The notes beneath the pieces are model-generated. The model was not told the origin of the DNA and made no database searches. It was given only the letters and a program-made list of their open reading frames with translations. 64,000 nt of DNA from Bacteroidales bacterium. Lineage in GTDB: Bacteria > Bacteroidota > Bacteroidia > Bacteroidales > UBA4181. The stretch's first letter is position 1. Every line of letters begins with the position of its first letter. This document shows positions 28,201 through 37,281 of the stretch, piece by piece. Position numbers and translations under genes: made by a program. The DNA is taken from assembly GCA_031551645.1 (NCBI GenBank), contig JAVBNI010000007.1:3887-67886 (forward strand). The letters are read 5' to 3'.

Positions 28201-28208
28201 CAAAATTA
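28201..28208 (-). promoter_or_regulatory. -7 promoter box TAATTTTG (TAnnTTTG consensus) for the leader/MFS transcript
   Basis: The plus strand reads caaaatta at 28201-28208. Confidence 0.45.
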
Positions 28209-28399
28209 CGGAAATAATCAGAATATCCTAAAAAATATTTTCGAGGTCATAATCCACTACAAATAAATATCTAAAAAATAATATTATTTAATTAGTTTAA
28301 TATTTAATAATTGTTAATTTTGTAGCAATAAGCAACACTTTCGAACATGGTTTTTAAGTATTGCTTATATCTGAACCACACACACAAAGATATTTATTT

Positions 28400-31300
28400 A
28401 TGGACCAACCGCATAGTCGTAACGTGCAATTGGAAGAAGGAAGTCATGTCCTGAAAACACCCTCAGAACAGGCGACAACAAACATTTTACATCCCGAGAA
28501 TTTAAACAGCCTTTTTGCCTGCAACAGGGAAGTGGTAATATATGCCAGAAAGAAAGGTAAGAAGGTAGTTGTCGAAGCTGTTTCCGACAGTATTTCTGCT
28601 TATGGCTATTCGCCGCAGGAGTTCACTTCGGGCAAACTTTCGTTACGGGACATTATATCCCCTGATGACTTCTGTGATATTACCGAACATACTCTCAAAC
28701 AAATACAGAAAGATGCAGAAAATTTTGAACAGGAATTCCGTGTAATAACTAAATCAGGTGAGACAGTATGGGTTACCTGCATTATCATACCCGAGTATAA
28801 CCCAAACGGAGGTGTGACCCATTACCTGACGAAAGTCACAGACATCAGCAAGCGGAAACGGTATGAGGAGGAATTGATGGAAACCAATAAAAACCTGTTC
28901 ACTACGCTTAAAAATATTGGTGAGGCCATTATTCAAACAGATGCGGACGGAAATATCGAACGATTGAACTGTGCAGCGGAAAGGCTCATAGGTATTATTA
29001 ACCAGAAAGCCAGATATAAGCCATTAAGTGGTGTGGTACAGTTCAGTTTTTCAGCAGATTTCGACATGCTGACTGATCCCTTGGAAATGGAGGCAGACAT
29101 CTGCAAAATGGAACAGTGTAATGAAATATTTATGAGATGCATCGCCAACGATGATTATTTCCGCGTTTCGTGCAGCGTTTCTCCCATTTATACCGGGAAA
29201 TACCGGAACGTACTGATCGGTTACGTATTGGCAGTGAAAGACCTCACCGCCTTGTATAACATGCTACAGGAAACACAGGAGAGTAAAAGACGGATGGAGG
29301 AAAGCGAAAATACCATGCGCGGTATTTTCGATCATTCGGTAGACGGGATATTTTTGGCCGACAGTCATGGTATCATCTGGGAATGGAGCAACAGTTACGA
29401 AAAGATATCGGGTATTCCAAAAGAAGACGCTATTGGGAAGAGTCTTTGGGATGTGGTGTCAACAACCCTTCCTCCGCAACAAAGCGAAGATGAACGTTTG
29501 CGGCTGCAAAATGAACTGGATTCAATAGTCGCTGAGATGCAACAAAAAATGATCACCCGTTACATTGTACATCAAAAAACAGGTAAAGTCAGGATCATTA
29601 ACGTATTATATTTTCCTGTGGACATGCCTGGTCGAATAATGCTGGGCGCTATCAGCCGGGACGTAACCGATGAAGTATTTGCCAAGGAACTCCTCCGGTT
29701 GAACGAACAAAAGTTAAGGGAAAACTGCAATCTGTTAGAAAGTATCATGAAAACCATTCCCACACCTCTTTACGTGAAGGATAAGCAGGGTGTGTATGTC
29801 GAATGTAATAACGCATTTCTTGATAAATTCAGATTGCGCAAGGAACAGGTGATTGGAAAAACAGTATTTGAAATATTCCCGCAGTATGCAAATATAATTA
29901 CTAAAGCAGATCAAAGATTGCTGGATAAAGAAAATAATGTATCGTCCGAGACAAAGGTTGCAGATGATAACGATATCTTTCCATGTATCATACACCGAGG
30001 AGTATTGTCCAATAATGATGAAAAAGAAGGCATTGTGGGCGTTATTGTGGATATATCGGATCTAAGAACTGCGCGACGACAACAAAGTATTTTGAACAAG
30101 GTATTGCAAATATTGCACTCCGCCGATAATATACCCGGAGCATTGAATGTTTCATTGAACGAAATAGGTAAATATGCCGGTGTAAGCCGCGTTTACATAT
30201 TCGAAAACAATACTGACGGAGCGACTGTCAGTAACACCTACGAATGGTGTAATGAAGGTATATTTTCCGTATGCACTAGCATGCAGAATGTTCCGCTTGG
30301 CAATTTTGAGGATTGGTACAACAGTTTTGACAAAGGCGAATACATTTGTACATCTGATATTGGGACCATGAAACCATTTCTCGCAAAAATGCTTGCTGAA
30401 CAGAACGTTCAATCTTTACTGATGATCCCGCTCACAGCTAACGGCGCCCATTATGGATTTGTTGGTTTTGATGATTGTAAAACACATCGCGAATGGCAAC
30501 AAAGCGAAGTAGATCTCCTTGTGAGCCTGTCGCAAATCATTTCGACCGCTACACGTCGCCACCGTGCCGAAACGACCATACGCTTGTCCCAACAAACCAT
30601 GCGTACGGTGCTCAACAATATTGACGCCAATATCTATGTGGCTGATTTTGATACATGGAAAATCTTATTTGCCAACAAAAAAATCAAAGATTTAATGGGA
30701 TATGATATTGAAGGCAAAATCTGCTGGCAAATGCTTCAAAGGGGAAAAAACGGACCATGCAATTTTTGTCCGAACCCACACCTGCGCGACAAACAAAACC
30801 GTCCCACCGGACTTTACCGTTGGGAACACCAGTATAAAACTCTTAAAAGATGGTACGAATGTACTGATGCCGCTATTGAATGGGTGGATGGTCGACTGGT
30901 ACACATGGAATATGCTACCGACATCACTGCCCGCAGGAAAGTCGAAAAAGCATTGCGACAATCCGAGGAAATGTACCGCCAGTTAACTGTAGCCTCGCCC
31001 GATGCAGTGGTAGTATGCAATTCCGACGGGTGGGTACATTTTATCTCGCCTAAAGCGATAGAATTATTTGGCCTTCGAAAAGACACCGACATCGGTTCCC
31101 TCCGGATACAGAAATACATTCATTCGTGTGACCGTCGGCGGGCATACAGCATGCTGAAAACACAAGTGAGAGATGATACTGCTGTCCTGACTCAGTTGTC
31201 ATTGTTGCAGGAAGACGGTACGGAGTTTTTTGGTGAAGTGTCTTCGGCAACCGTCAAAGATACCGACGGGCAAACAACATCCGTCATCATGGTGATACGC

Positions 31301-32476
31301 GACATCACGCAACGGAAACTAAATGAAATGGAACTTATTCAAGCCAAGGAGAAAGCCGAAGAGTCCGATAAGCTGAAATCGGCTTTTCTGGCCAATATGT
31401 CACATGAAATACGAACGCCTCTCAATGGGATCATCGGTTTTCTTACCATTCTCGGATCTAACAATCTGACACCCGAACGCCGGCATGAATATACTACCGT
31501 GGTCAATAATAGCTGCCAACAGTTAGCCCAGTTGATAGACGATATCATCGACATCGCCAAAATAGAAGTCAAACAATTGAATATTCATCCTGCTCCCATC
31601 CGGATAAACGAACTGATGAACGATCTCCGGTTATTTTTTGAGACTTTTTTGAAAACCAAAGGGAAAAATCGTGTCCTTCTGATATGCGATGACAGCGAAT
31701 TCATTGATCAATGTATCACCTTTGTCGATCTGATGCGCCTGCGACAGGTGCTTACCAACCTGATAGGCAATGCAATCAAATTTACGGAAAAAGGATACAT
31801 CCGCTTTGCTTACAAACAAGCGGCACCCGGCATCCTGGAGTTTGTAGTGGAAGATACTGGTATAGGTATACCACCGGACCAGGTGGAAATCATTTTCGAA
31901 CGATTTATGCAAGTGGAGAAAAACAATAATCGTTACGGCGGCACTGGACTTGGGTTACCTATCTCGCGTAGCCTGACACAAATGATGGGCGGCGACATGC
32001 ATGTGGAATCAGAGGAAGGCGCAGGCTCGACTTTTCGTTTTACCATTTCTTATCTACCTATTGCCCACGAGGATGAATATCTTTTTGATAAACTACATGA
32101 ACCCGAATCTTTACTCAAAAATAAAACTATAATGGTCGTCGAGTCCAAGATGATGACATACAAGTATCATGAAATATTGCTTTCTGCCACAGGCGCATCC
32201 GTCGTACAGGCTACCGGGTTACAACAAGGGTTAGAATATATCGACCAGAATGGCCGTGTTGATGCGCTAATCATCGAAGCTTCAGAATTTGACCCGATAG
32301 ACAGCGAAACCATCGATAAGATTAAATCTTTCCACAAGCATTTGTTTATGTTCGTGATTAGGGAAAAGATTAACGAATATCAACCTATCGCTTGTGACAG
32401 TCTTCATGAGGTATTTCTGGAGAAACCAATTAATTATAAGAAATTGACAAGCATTTTAAAGAAACATCTAAAATAA
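28400..32476 (+). CDS. Multi-PAS/GAF hybrid sensor histidine kinase with a degenerate C-terminal receiver
   Basis: About 1358 aa from ATG 28400. It has repeated PAS/PAC units, a GAF-like segment, an H-box (SAFLANMSHEIRTPLNGIIGF), N and G boxes (NLIGNAIKFT, GTGLGLPISR) and a REC-like tail with KP retained. Confidence 0.9.
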   Translation: MDQPHSRNVQLEEGSHVLKTPSEQATTNILHPENLNSLFACNREVVIYARKKGKKVVVEAVSDSISAYGYSPQEFTSGKLSLRDIISPDDFCDITEHTLKQIQKDAENFEQEFRVITKSGETVWVTCIIIPEYNPNGGVTHYLTKVTDISKRKRYEEELMETNKNLFTTLKNIGEAIIQTDADGNIERLNCAAERLIGIINQKARYKPLSGVVQFSFSADFDMLTDPLEMEADICKMEQCNEIFMRCIANDDYFRVSCSVSPIYTGKYRNVLIGYVLAVKDLTALYNMLQETQESKRRMEESENTMRGIFDHSVDGIFLADSHGIIWEWSNSYEKISGIPKEDAIGKSLWDVVSTTLPPQQSEDERLRLQNELDSIVAEMQQKMITRYIVHQKTGKVRIINVLYFPVDMPGRIMLGAISRDVTDEVFAKELLRLNEQKLRENCNLLESIMKTIPTPLYVKDKQGVYVECNNAFLDKFRLRKEQVIGKTVFEIFPQYANIITKADQRLLDKENNVSSETKVADDNDIFPCIIHRGVLSNNDEKEGIVGVIVDISDLRTARRQQSILNKVLQILHSADNIPGALNVSLNEIGKYAGVSRVYIFENNTDGATVSNTYEWCNEGIFSVCTSMQNVPLGNFEDWYNSFDKGEYICTSDIGTMKPFLAKMLAEQNVQSLLMIPLTANGAHYGFVGFDDCKTHREWQQSEVDLLVSLSQIISTATRRHRAETTIRLSQQTMRTVLNNIDANIYVADFDTWKILFANKKIKDLMGYDIEGKICWQMLQRGKNGPCNFCPNPHLRDKQNRPTGLYRWEHQYKTLKRWYECTDAAIEWVDGRLVHMEYATDITARRKVEKALRQSEEMYRQLTVASPDAVVVCNSDGWVHFISPKAIELFGLRKDTDIGSLRIQKYIHSCDRRRAYSMLKTQVRDDTAVLTQLSLLQEDGTEFFGEVSSATVKDTDGQTTSVIMVIRDITQRKLNEMELIQAKEKAEESDKLKSAFLANMSHEIRTPLNGIIGFLTILGSNNLTPERRHEYTTVVNNSCQQLAQLIDDIIDIAKIEVKQLNIHPAPIRINELMNDLRLFFETFLKTKGKNRVLLICDDSEFIDQCITFVDLMRLRQVLTNLIGNAIKFTEKGYIRFAYKQAAPGILEFVVEDTGIGIPPDQVEIIFERFMQVEKNNNRYGGTGLGLPISRSLTQMMGGDMHVESEEGAGSTFRFTISYLPIAHEDEYLFDKLHEPESLLKNKTIMVVESKMMTYKYHEILLSATGASVVQATGLQQGLEYIDQNGRVDALIIEASEFDPIDSETIDKIKSFHKHLFMFVIREKINEYQPIACDSLHEVFLEKPINYKKLTSILKKHLK

Positions 32477-32518
32477 GTGCTTGACAAAAAGCAATTTATC
32501 CTATTCGTCAAAATTATT

Positions 32519-32818
32519 TTAATCGATATAGTTTTTTATTTGTTGAGACAGTGCAGCCTTATCCATTGCTCCGGAATTGCGCCAGACTACTTGTCCTTTT
32601 TTGAAAATGACCAATGTCGGTACTGCCTGTATCTGAAATTTATTGGCGACTGCTTGATTTTTATCGACATCGATTTTCAGGATACGTGCTTGTCCCCGCA
32701 TCTCTTTGCCGAGTGATTCGATTACTGGCGCCATTGTTTTACAGGGACCACACCAGGTAGTAAAAAAGTCAACCAATACCGGCTTATCTCCATTTATAAT
32801 TTCCTTGAAGGTTTCCAT
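32519..32818 (-). CDS. trxA: Thioredoxin
   Basis: 99 aa with the WCGPCK active site. Confidence 0.95.
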   Translation of the reverse strand: METFKEIINGDKPVLVDFFTTWCGPCKTMAPVIESLGKEMRGQARILKIDVDKNQAVANKFQIQAVPTLVIFKKGQVVWRNSGAMDKAALSQQIKNYID

Positions 32819-32938
32819 TTTTCAGAATTAAAGAATTTTAATGCGAGTTAACATAAAATTATAACATCTAACCCTACATAATGTTTCTAAAATATATCAA
32901 TATCTTATAGGGGAGCAAGTTACAATGAATCCATTTTC

Positions 32939-34009
32939 TCAATACATTCTTTTTTTCAGGTACCGCCAGATAGTAATACCCGTACCCAACAATATCAACC
33001 ATGCTACAAGATATCCATATTTCCAGCGCAGTTCGGGCATAATGTCATAATTCATACCCCAGACGCCGACAAGAAAACTAAGCGGAATGAATACCGTGGA
33101 AACGAGGGTCAATCGTTGCATGATCTGGTTCATGTGCAGATCGTTATTGGACATGTAGATATTAATCAAGTTGATCAGCATGTCGTGGTATGATTCAATC
33201 GATTGCGTTGCGAACTCAAGATGATCATATACATCCCGAAGATAAGCTGTAGTGGATTTTTCAATCAGGTTATTTTCAAGCCGGAATAGACGCGGAAAAG
33301 AATCTTTGAAATGTACGATTGTCTTTTTTAAGACCTGATAACGTTTTCTATTGAGAATAATGACGCTGCGCGAATCTAATTTTCTGTCGTCATTCAGCAT
33401 CTTATTTTCCATATCTACCAATAGTTCTTCGGTTCTATCGATCTCGGGCAGATAACTATCGACAATCTGGTCAAGCAGCAGGGCGAACAAATGGTCGGGA
33501 CCTTTGGCCCGTATTTTCCCAGTATTCTCTTCCAATGCTTTTTGTATATGTGGAAAAAGCGGCACATCGTTTTCCTGAAACGATAACACATAATGGCGCG
33601 ACAATACCAAGCTGATTTGCTCCGGCGCGGACAATTTATCAGAAGAATTAAACCGCTTCAAAATAACCAGGACACAATTGTCAAATTCTTCAATTTTCGG
33701 TTGTGTATGGATATTTAGCACATCTTCGATCAAGAGAGGGTGCAGATGAAGTATATGCCCCAAAGCAGCAATTTCCTCGACATGGTTGAGCCCGCATATA
33801 TGTAACCAATATTTTTCTTTACATGCGTCGGGGTCAAAATCGGAAGGGAGATGGATTAGCTCTGTTTTGCAACTGTTTTCGTCGTAGCACGTGAACATCA
33901 TCCTGGGAGCAAAATCCATGGTACCTGTATATACGGGAGTTCCGGGCAACATATTGCTCTTTTGTCCATATTTGTTCCTGGGTATCTTCGGATGGCTCAT
34001 GATGATCAA
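32939..34009 (-). CDS. corA: Magnesium/cobalt transporter CorA
   Basis: Two C-terminal TM segments with the GMN motif (VWGMNY). About 350 aa. The exact start is uncertain (M1 or M4). Confidence 0.9.
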   Translation of the reverse strand: MIIMSHPKIPRNKYGQKSNMLPGTPVYTGTMDFAPRMMFTCYDENSCKTELIHLPSDFDPDACKEKYWLHICGLNHVEEIAALGHILHLHPLLIEDVLNIHTQPKIEEFDNCVLVILKRFNSSDKLSAPEQISLVLSRHYVLSFQENDVPLFPHIQKALEENTGKIRAKGPDHLFALLLDQIVDSYLPEIDRTEELLVDMENKMLNDDRKLDSRSVIILNRKRYQVLKKTIVHFKDSFPRLFRLENNLIEKSTTAYLRDVYDHLEFATQSIESYHDMLINLINIYMSNNDLHMNQIMQRLTLVSTVFIPLSFLVGVWGMNYDIMPELRWKYGYLVAWLILLGTGITIWRYLKKRMY

Positions 34010-34187
34010 AATTAACGATTAGTTCTTTTTCTATAAACAATCACAATCAAGAAAAGTGTTCAATTGAACCAATAAGTAATTAAATATTATTCGCTACCAC
34101 TCATGAGATCGCTTTGCTAAGTTGATGATCAAATATCGAATATTGGCATAAACTAACATCGATCAACCAAGTTAAAATATCGATCAT

Positions 34188-34898
34188 TTATTTCAGAGTA
34201 CTTAATATCTGTTTGGGCTTTCCGGCAATAAAATCTTTTAAATAAAATGGCTCAAAATAGGCAACATCTTCAAAATGTTTTTCATTGAATGCCTTTATTG
34301 CGTCCGGGATCATGTAACGTGCAGAGTGCAAATAATCATTTACAAATATCGCGTTGGGATGCGTGATGGCTCCACTGCATTTGGCTGCGCCATTGCCGAA
34401 AAAATATATGGTATATTTATCGAGCCATTGGCGGAATGAATCTTCCGTGATGATTTCCGCCGAAACATCTTTCTTCACATTGCCTTGTTTATCGTACAAC
34501 GCTGTGTAAACCTCCATCCGCCGGGCATCGATCATCGGACAAAGTAATATATCGCCATCAACAACCGGGTGTTGTTCCAATAATCCGTAACACATAGCAT
34601 GCAGGGTAGATACGGCTATCAATGGTATCCCGGCGCCATAACACATACCCTTAGCTGTGGATAGCCCGATACGCAAGCCGGTATATGAACCTGGTCCCGA
34701 GCTGACTGCTATGGCATTGAGCTGATTGACCGATATTTTTTGTTCTTTTAATAGTTCCTCGACAAATAATGTCAACATGGTTGCATGGTTGCGACCATCA
34801 GAATTTTCGCGTACGGCAATACATCGATTGTCTTGTGATAAGGCAACGGAACATACCTCTGTCGAAGTTTCGATATGAAGGATAAACGGATGTGACAT
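34188..34898 (-). CDS. tsaB: tRNA t6A37 biosynthesis protein TsaB (YeaZ)
   Basis: ILHIETSTEVCSVAL..H...L...V...L......L.AIAVSSGPGSYTGLRIG. The start is taken at MSHPF. Confidence 0.9.
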   Translation of the reverse strand: MSHPFILHIETSTEVCSVALSQDNRCIAVRENSDGRNHATMLTLFVEELLKEQKISVNQLNAIAVSSGPGSYTGLRIGLSTAKGMCYGAGIPLIAVSTLHAMCYGLLEQHPVVDGDILLCPMIDARRMEVYTALYDKQGNVKKDVSAEIITEDSFRQWLDKYTIYFFGNGAAKCSGAITHPNAIFVNDYLHSARYMIPDAIKAFNEKHFEDVAYFEPFYLKDFIAGKPKQILSTLK

Positions 34899-35027
34899 GT
34901 TTACAACTAAATAATACATGTCAATTGTTTACGGGTTCCGTAACAAATGGCATGCAAATGGGATGTAAAAATGACAAAGATATTACTTCGGAATCAAATC
35001 TTTCAGTATATCGTCCAAATCCTTCGA

Positions 35028-35924
35028 TTATTCCGATACTTTTGCTCGTCTCGATTCGTCAATATCGTTGATGGTCTTCCGTAAAAATGCTTCGAATTGT
35101 ACGGCAAATTCACGACGACGCAAGGCAAATTCAACAGTAGTCTTCAAGAAATCTAACTTATTACCGATATCGTAACGTTTTCCTTCAATGGTCGAAGCTA
35201 TGATATTTTCCTGTTTCAATAACAACCGCAAAGCATCCGTCAATTGTACTTCGTTACCCTTACCACGTGCCGTTTTTTCGATGGCTGGAAATATCTGTGG
35301 TGTAAGAATATATCTTCCGGCAATGGCCAGGTTGGAAGGAGCTTTGTCGCGTTCGGGTTTTTCGACGAGTTCCGAAAGCTGCATAATCCGATCATTCAAC
35401 CGTTCGCCTCCTACAATACCATAACGCGATACTTTATCGCGGGGTACCTGCTCAACAGCAATCACACATTGATGATATTGTTCATATGCATCTATCAACT
35501 GTTGCGTCACCGGAATGATGGAATTGATGATTGTATCGCCGAGTAACACGGCAAAAGGTTCATTTCCGCAATGGAAACGCGCATGGTAAATAGCATCACC
35601 CAATCCGTTCAATTCCTTCTGCCGGATGAAATGAATGTTGGCCATATCCTCGATGTGACGGATCTGGTTGTACAGGATTTCATCCTCTTGCTCCTGGATA
35701 CGCGATTCCAACTCAAAATTACGGTCAAAATGGTCTTCGATGGATCGTTTTCCCTTTCCGGAAACAATCAGGATATCCTCAATCCCCGAATCGACACATT
35801 CCTGCACCACATACTGGATGGTTGGGGTGTCGATGATGGGTAACATTTCTTTAGGTTGCGCTTTGGTAGCAGGCAAAAAACGGGTTCCAAAACCCGCAGC
35901 GGGAATAACTGCTTTTTTAATCAT
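35028..35924 (-). CDS. galU: UTP--glucose-1-phosphate uridylyltransferase (GalU-type sugar-1-P nucleotidyltransferase)
   Basis: KAVIPAAGFGTRFLPATKAQPKEMLPI.D.P.IQYVVQE.. VEKP motif. 298 aa. Confidence 0.9.
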   Translation of the reverse strand: MIKKAVIPAAGFGTRFLPATKAQPKEMLPIIDTPTIQYVVQECVDSGIEDILIVSGKGKRSIEDHFDRNFELESRIQEQEDEILYNQIRHIEDMANIHFIRQKELNGLGDAIYHARFHCGNEPFAVLLGDTIINSIIPVTQQLIDAYEQYHQCVIAVEQVPRDKVSRYGIVGGERLNDRIMQLSELVEKPERDKAPSNLAIAGRYILTPQIFPAIEKTARGKGNEVQLTDALRLLLKQENIIASTIEGKRYDIGNKLDFLKTTVEFALRRREFAVQFEAFLRKTINDIDESRRAKVSE

Positions 35925-35941
35925 TTATTTAATACTTTTAA

Positions 35942-35986
35942 CGTTTATAACGTTGAAACGTTATAACGTTCATAACGTTATAAACG
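35942..35986. repeat. Nested palindrome built from four ATAACGTT-like units in the GHMP-galU spacer
   Basis: CGTTTATAACGTT (35942-35954) is the exact reverse complement of AACGTTATAAACG (35974-35986). A self-complementary 14-mer, AACGTTATAACGTT, sits at 35957-35970. Confidence 0.85.
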
Positions 35987-35996
35987 CTACGAACGC

Positions 35997-36992
35997 TTAT
36001 AATACATAAGGTTTAATAACTCTGGCATTAATTTTCTTGAGATTGACTACGAGTTTACTCAATGTTTCGTCATCGGGATACATACCAATAATAGCGCCGC
36101 CCGAACCTGAGAACTTTGCAGAAGCACCACAGTTGCGGGCTATCCTGACAAATTCCATATTGCTTTCGGAAATATTCATGATTTTGCAACGTAAATCGAA
36201 ATTGTAGTCGATCAACTGGTTAAGCGTTGCATAATCCCTGTTGAGAAGCGCGTCTTTACCTCGCTCAGCCACATTGGCCAATTCATTGATCGTATTCAAT
36301 ACCAATTCATCGCCATTATTATAACGCTCTTTCAGGTTATTGAACATGGCACCCGACACTTTGCTTAAATCGGTTTTGTAAGCCAAATAAAATTTGGGAA
36401 GCAAAGTCGCATCCAACCGTTCATATTTTCCATGGTTGTGCTTTTCAACATATTTTTTGTTGAAGTCCATGTATACACAACCTTCGTATACCTGGATCAC
36501 CCGGTCCTGGAGTCCGGCATTGATAGCCAGTTCTTCCGTCTCAGCTGCCAGGATAATGCTGGGCACGATTTCAAGTGGAATCTTGACATCATAGAACTGC
36601 ATCAAAGCACGCATGGTGGCCGTAGCAATGGCGCTTGACCCTGCCAAACCCACTTGCCGAGGGATAGACGATTGATAGCGAATAGTGAAATTCTTGTTTG
36701 CCAACCGGATTTGGTTCAAATCGCAATATTCGCAAAAGCGCTTAATAACTGCCTTTATCAAACGGCGGCCTCCATAATAGCCATTTTGCCTGATAGTTTC
36801 GGTAAGATGGTAAATATTGCGGAAACTGTTGCGGTCGACTTCCATCTCTTCAATGACCAATTCGGGCGTTTGATAAAGTGACACAATAGCTCCGAAATTT
36901 TTGACGATAATGGAGATGGTTTTTCCATAATAACCATCGGATGGATTTCCCAATAAGCCGGCACGGGCATATGCCCTACTTTCTATTATCAT
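35997..36992 (-). CDS. GHMP-family sugar kinase, glucuronokinase-like
   Basis: ARAGLLGNPSDGYYGKTIS, GYYGG, IPRQVGLAGSSAI (GHMP motif II), AGLQDRVIQVYEG..YMDF and GASAKFSGSGGA. From memory, this motif set matches plant glucuronokinase rather than galacto-, mevalonate or homoserine kinases. Confidence 0.7.
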   Translation of the reverse strand: MIIESRAYARAGLLGNPSDGYYGKTISIIVKNFGAIVSLYQTPELVIEEMEVDRNSFRNIYHLTETIRQNGYYGGRRLIKAVIKRFCEYCDLNQIRLANKNFTIRYQSSIPRQVGLAGSSAIATATMRALMQFYDVKIPLEIVPSIILAAETEELAINAGLQDRVIQVYEGCVYMDFNKKYVEKHNHGKYERLDATLLPKFYLAYKTDLSKVSGAMFNNLKERYNNGDELVLNTINELANVAERGKDALLNRDYATLNQLIDYNFDLRCKIMNISESNMEFVRIARNCGASAKFSGSGGAIIGMYPDDETLSKLVVNLKKINARVIKPYVL

Positions 36993-37281
36993 ATAATGAT
37001 TCTAAACTAAAATAATATCAAATATACAAAATTACTAAAACTATTATGAATTGCTTGTTTTTTGTTTCCTATCTTTAAATATACGTTTTTTATATGCTTT
37101 TGTTTCATTTTCTTCAATGATCGGAATTCATTTTTCATTTCGTCGTTTTTTGTTTTCCCTAATGGATGTTAATTCAATATTTTCATGTAATTTTGTGAAA
37201 AATTATCACACGATCGTTTATTAGTCATAAAAACGGCATAAAACTATAAACACCTGATTTACAATCGAAAAATAATCACAA

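Noticed and set aside
32477-32716. 79-aa ORF on the plus strand immediately after the hybrid kinase
   Set aside because: It is antisense to trxA, which has the unmistakable WCGPCK site. It is a shadow ORF.
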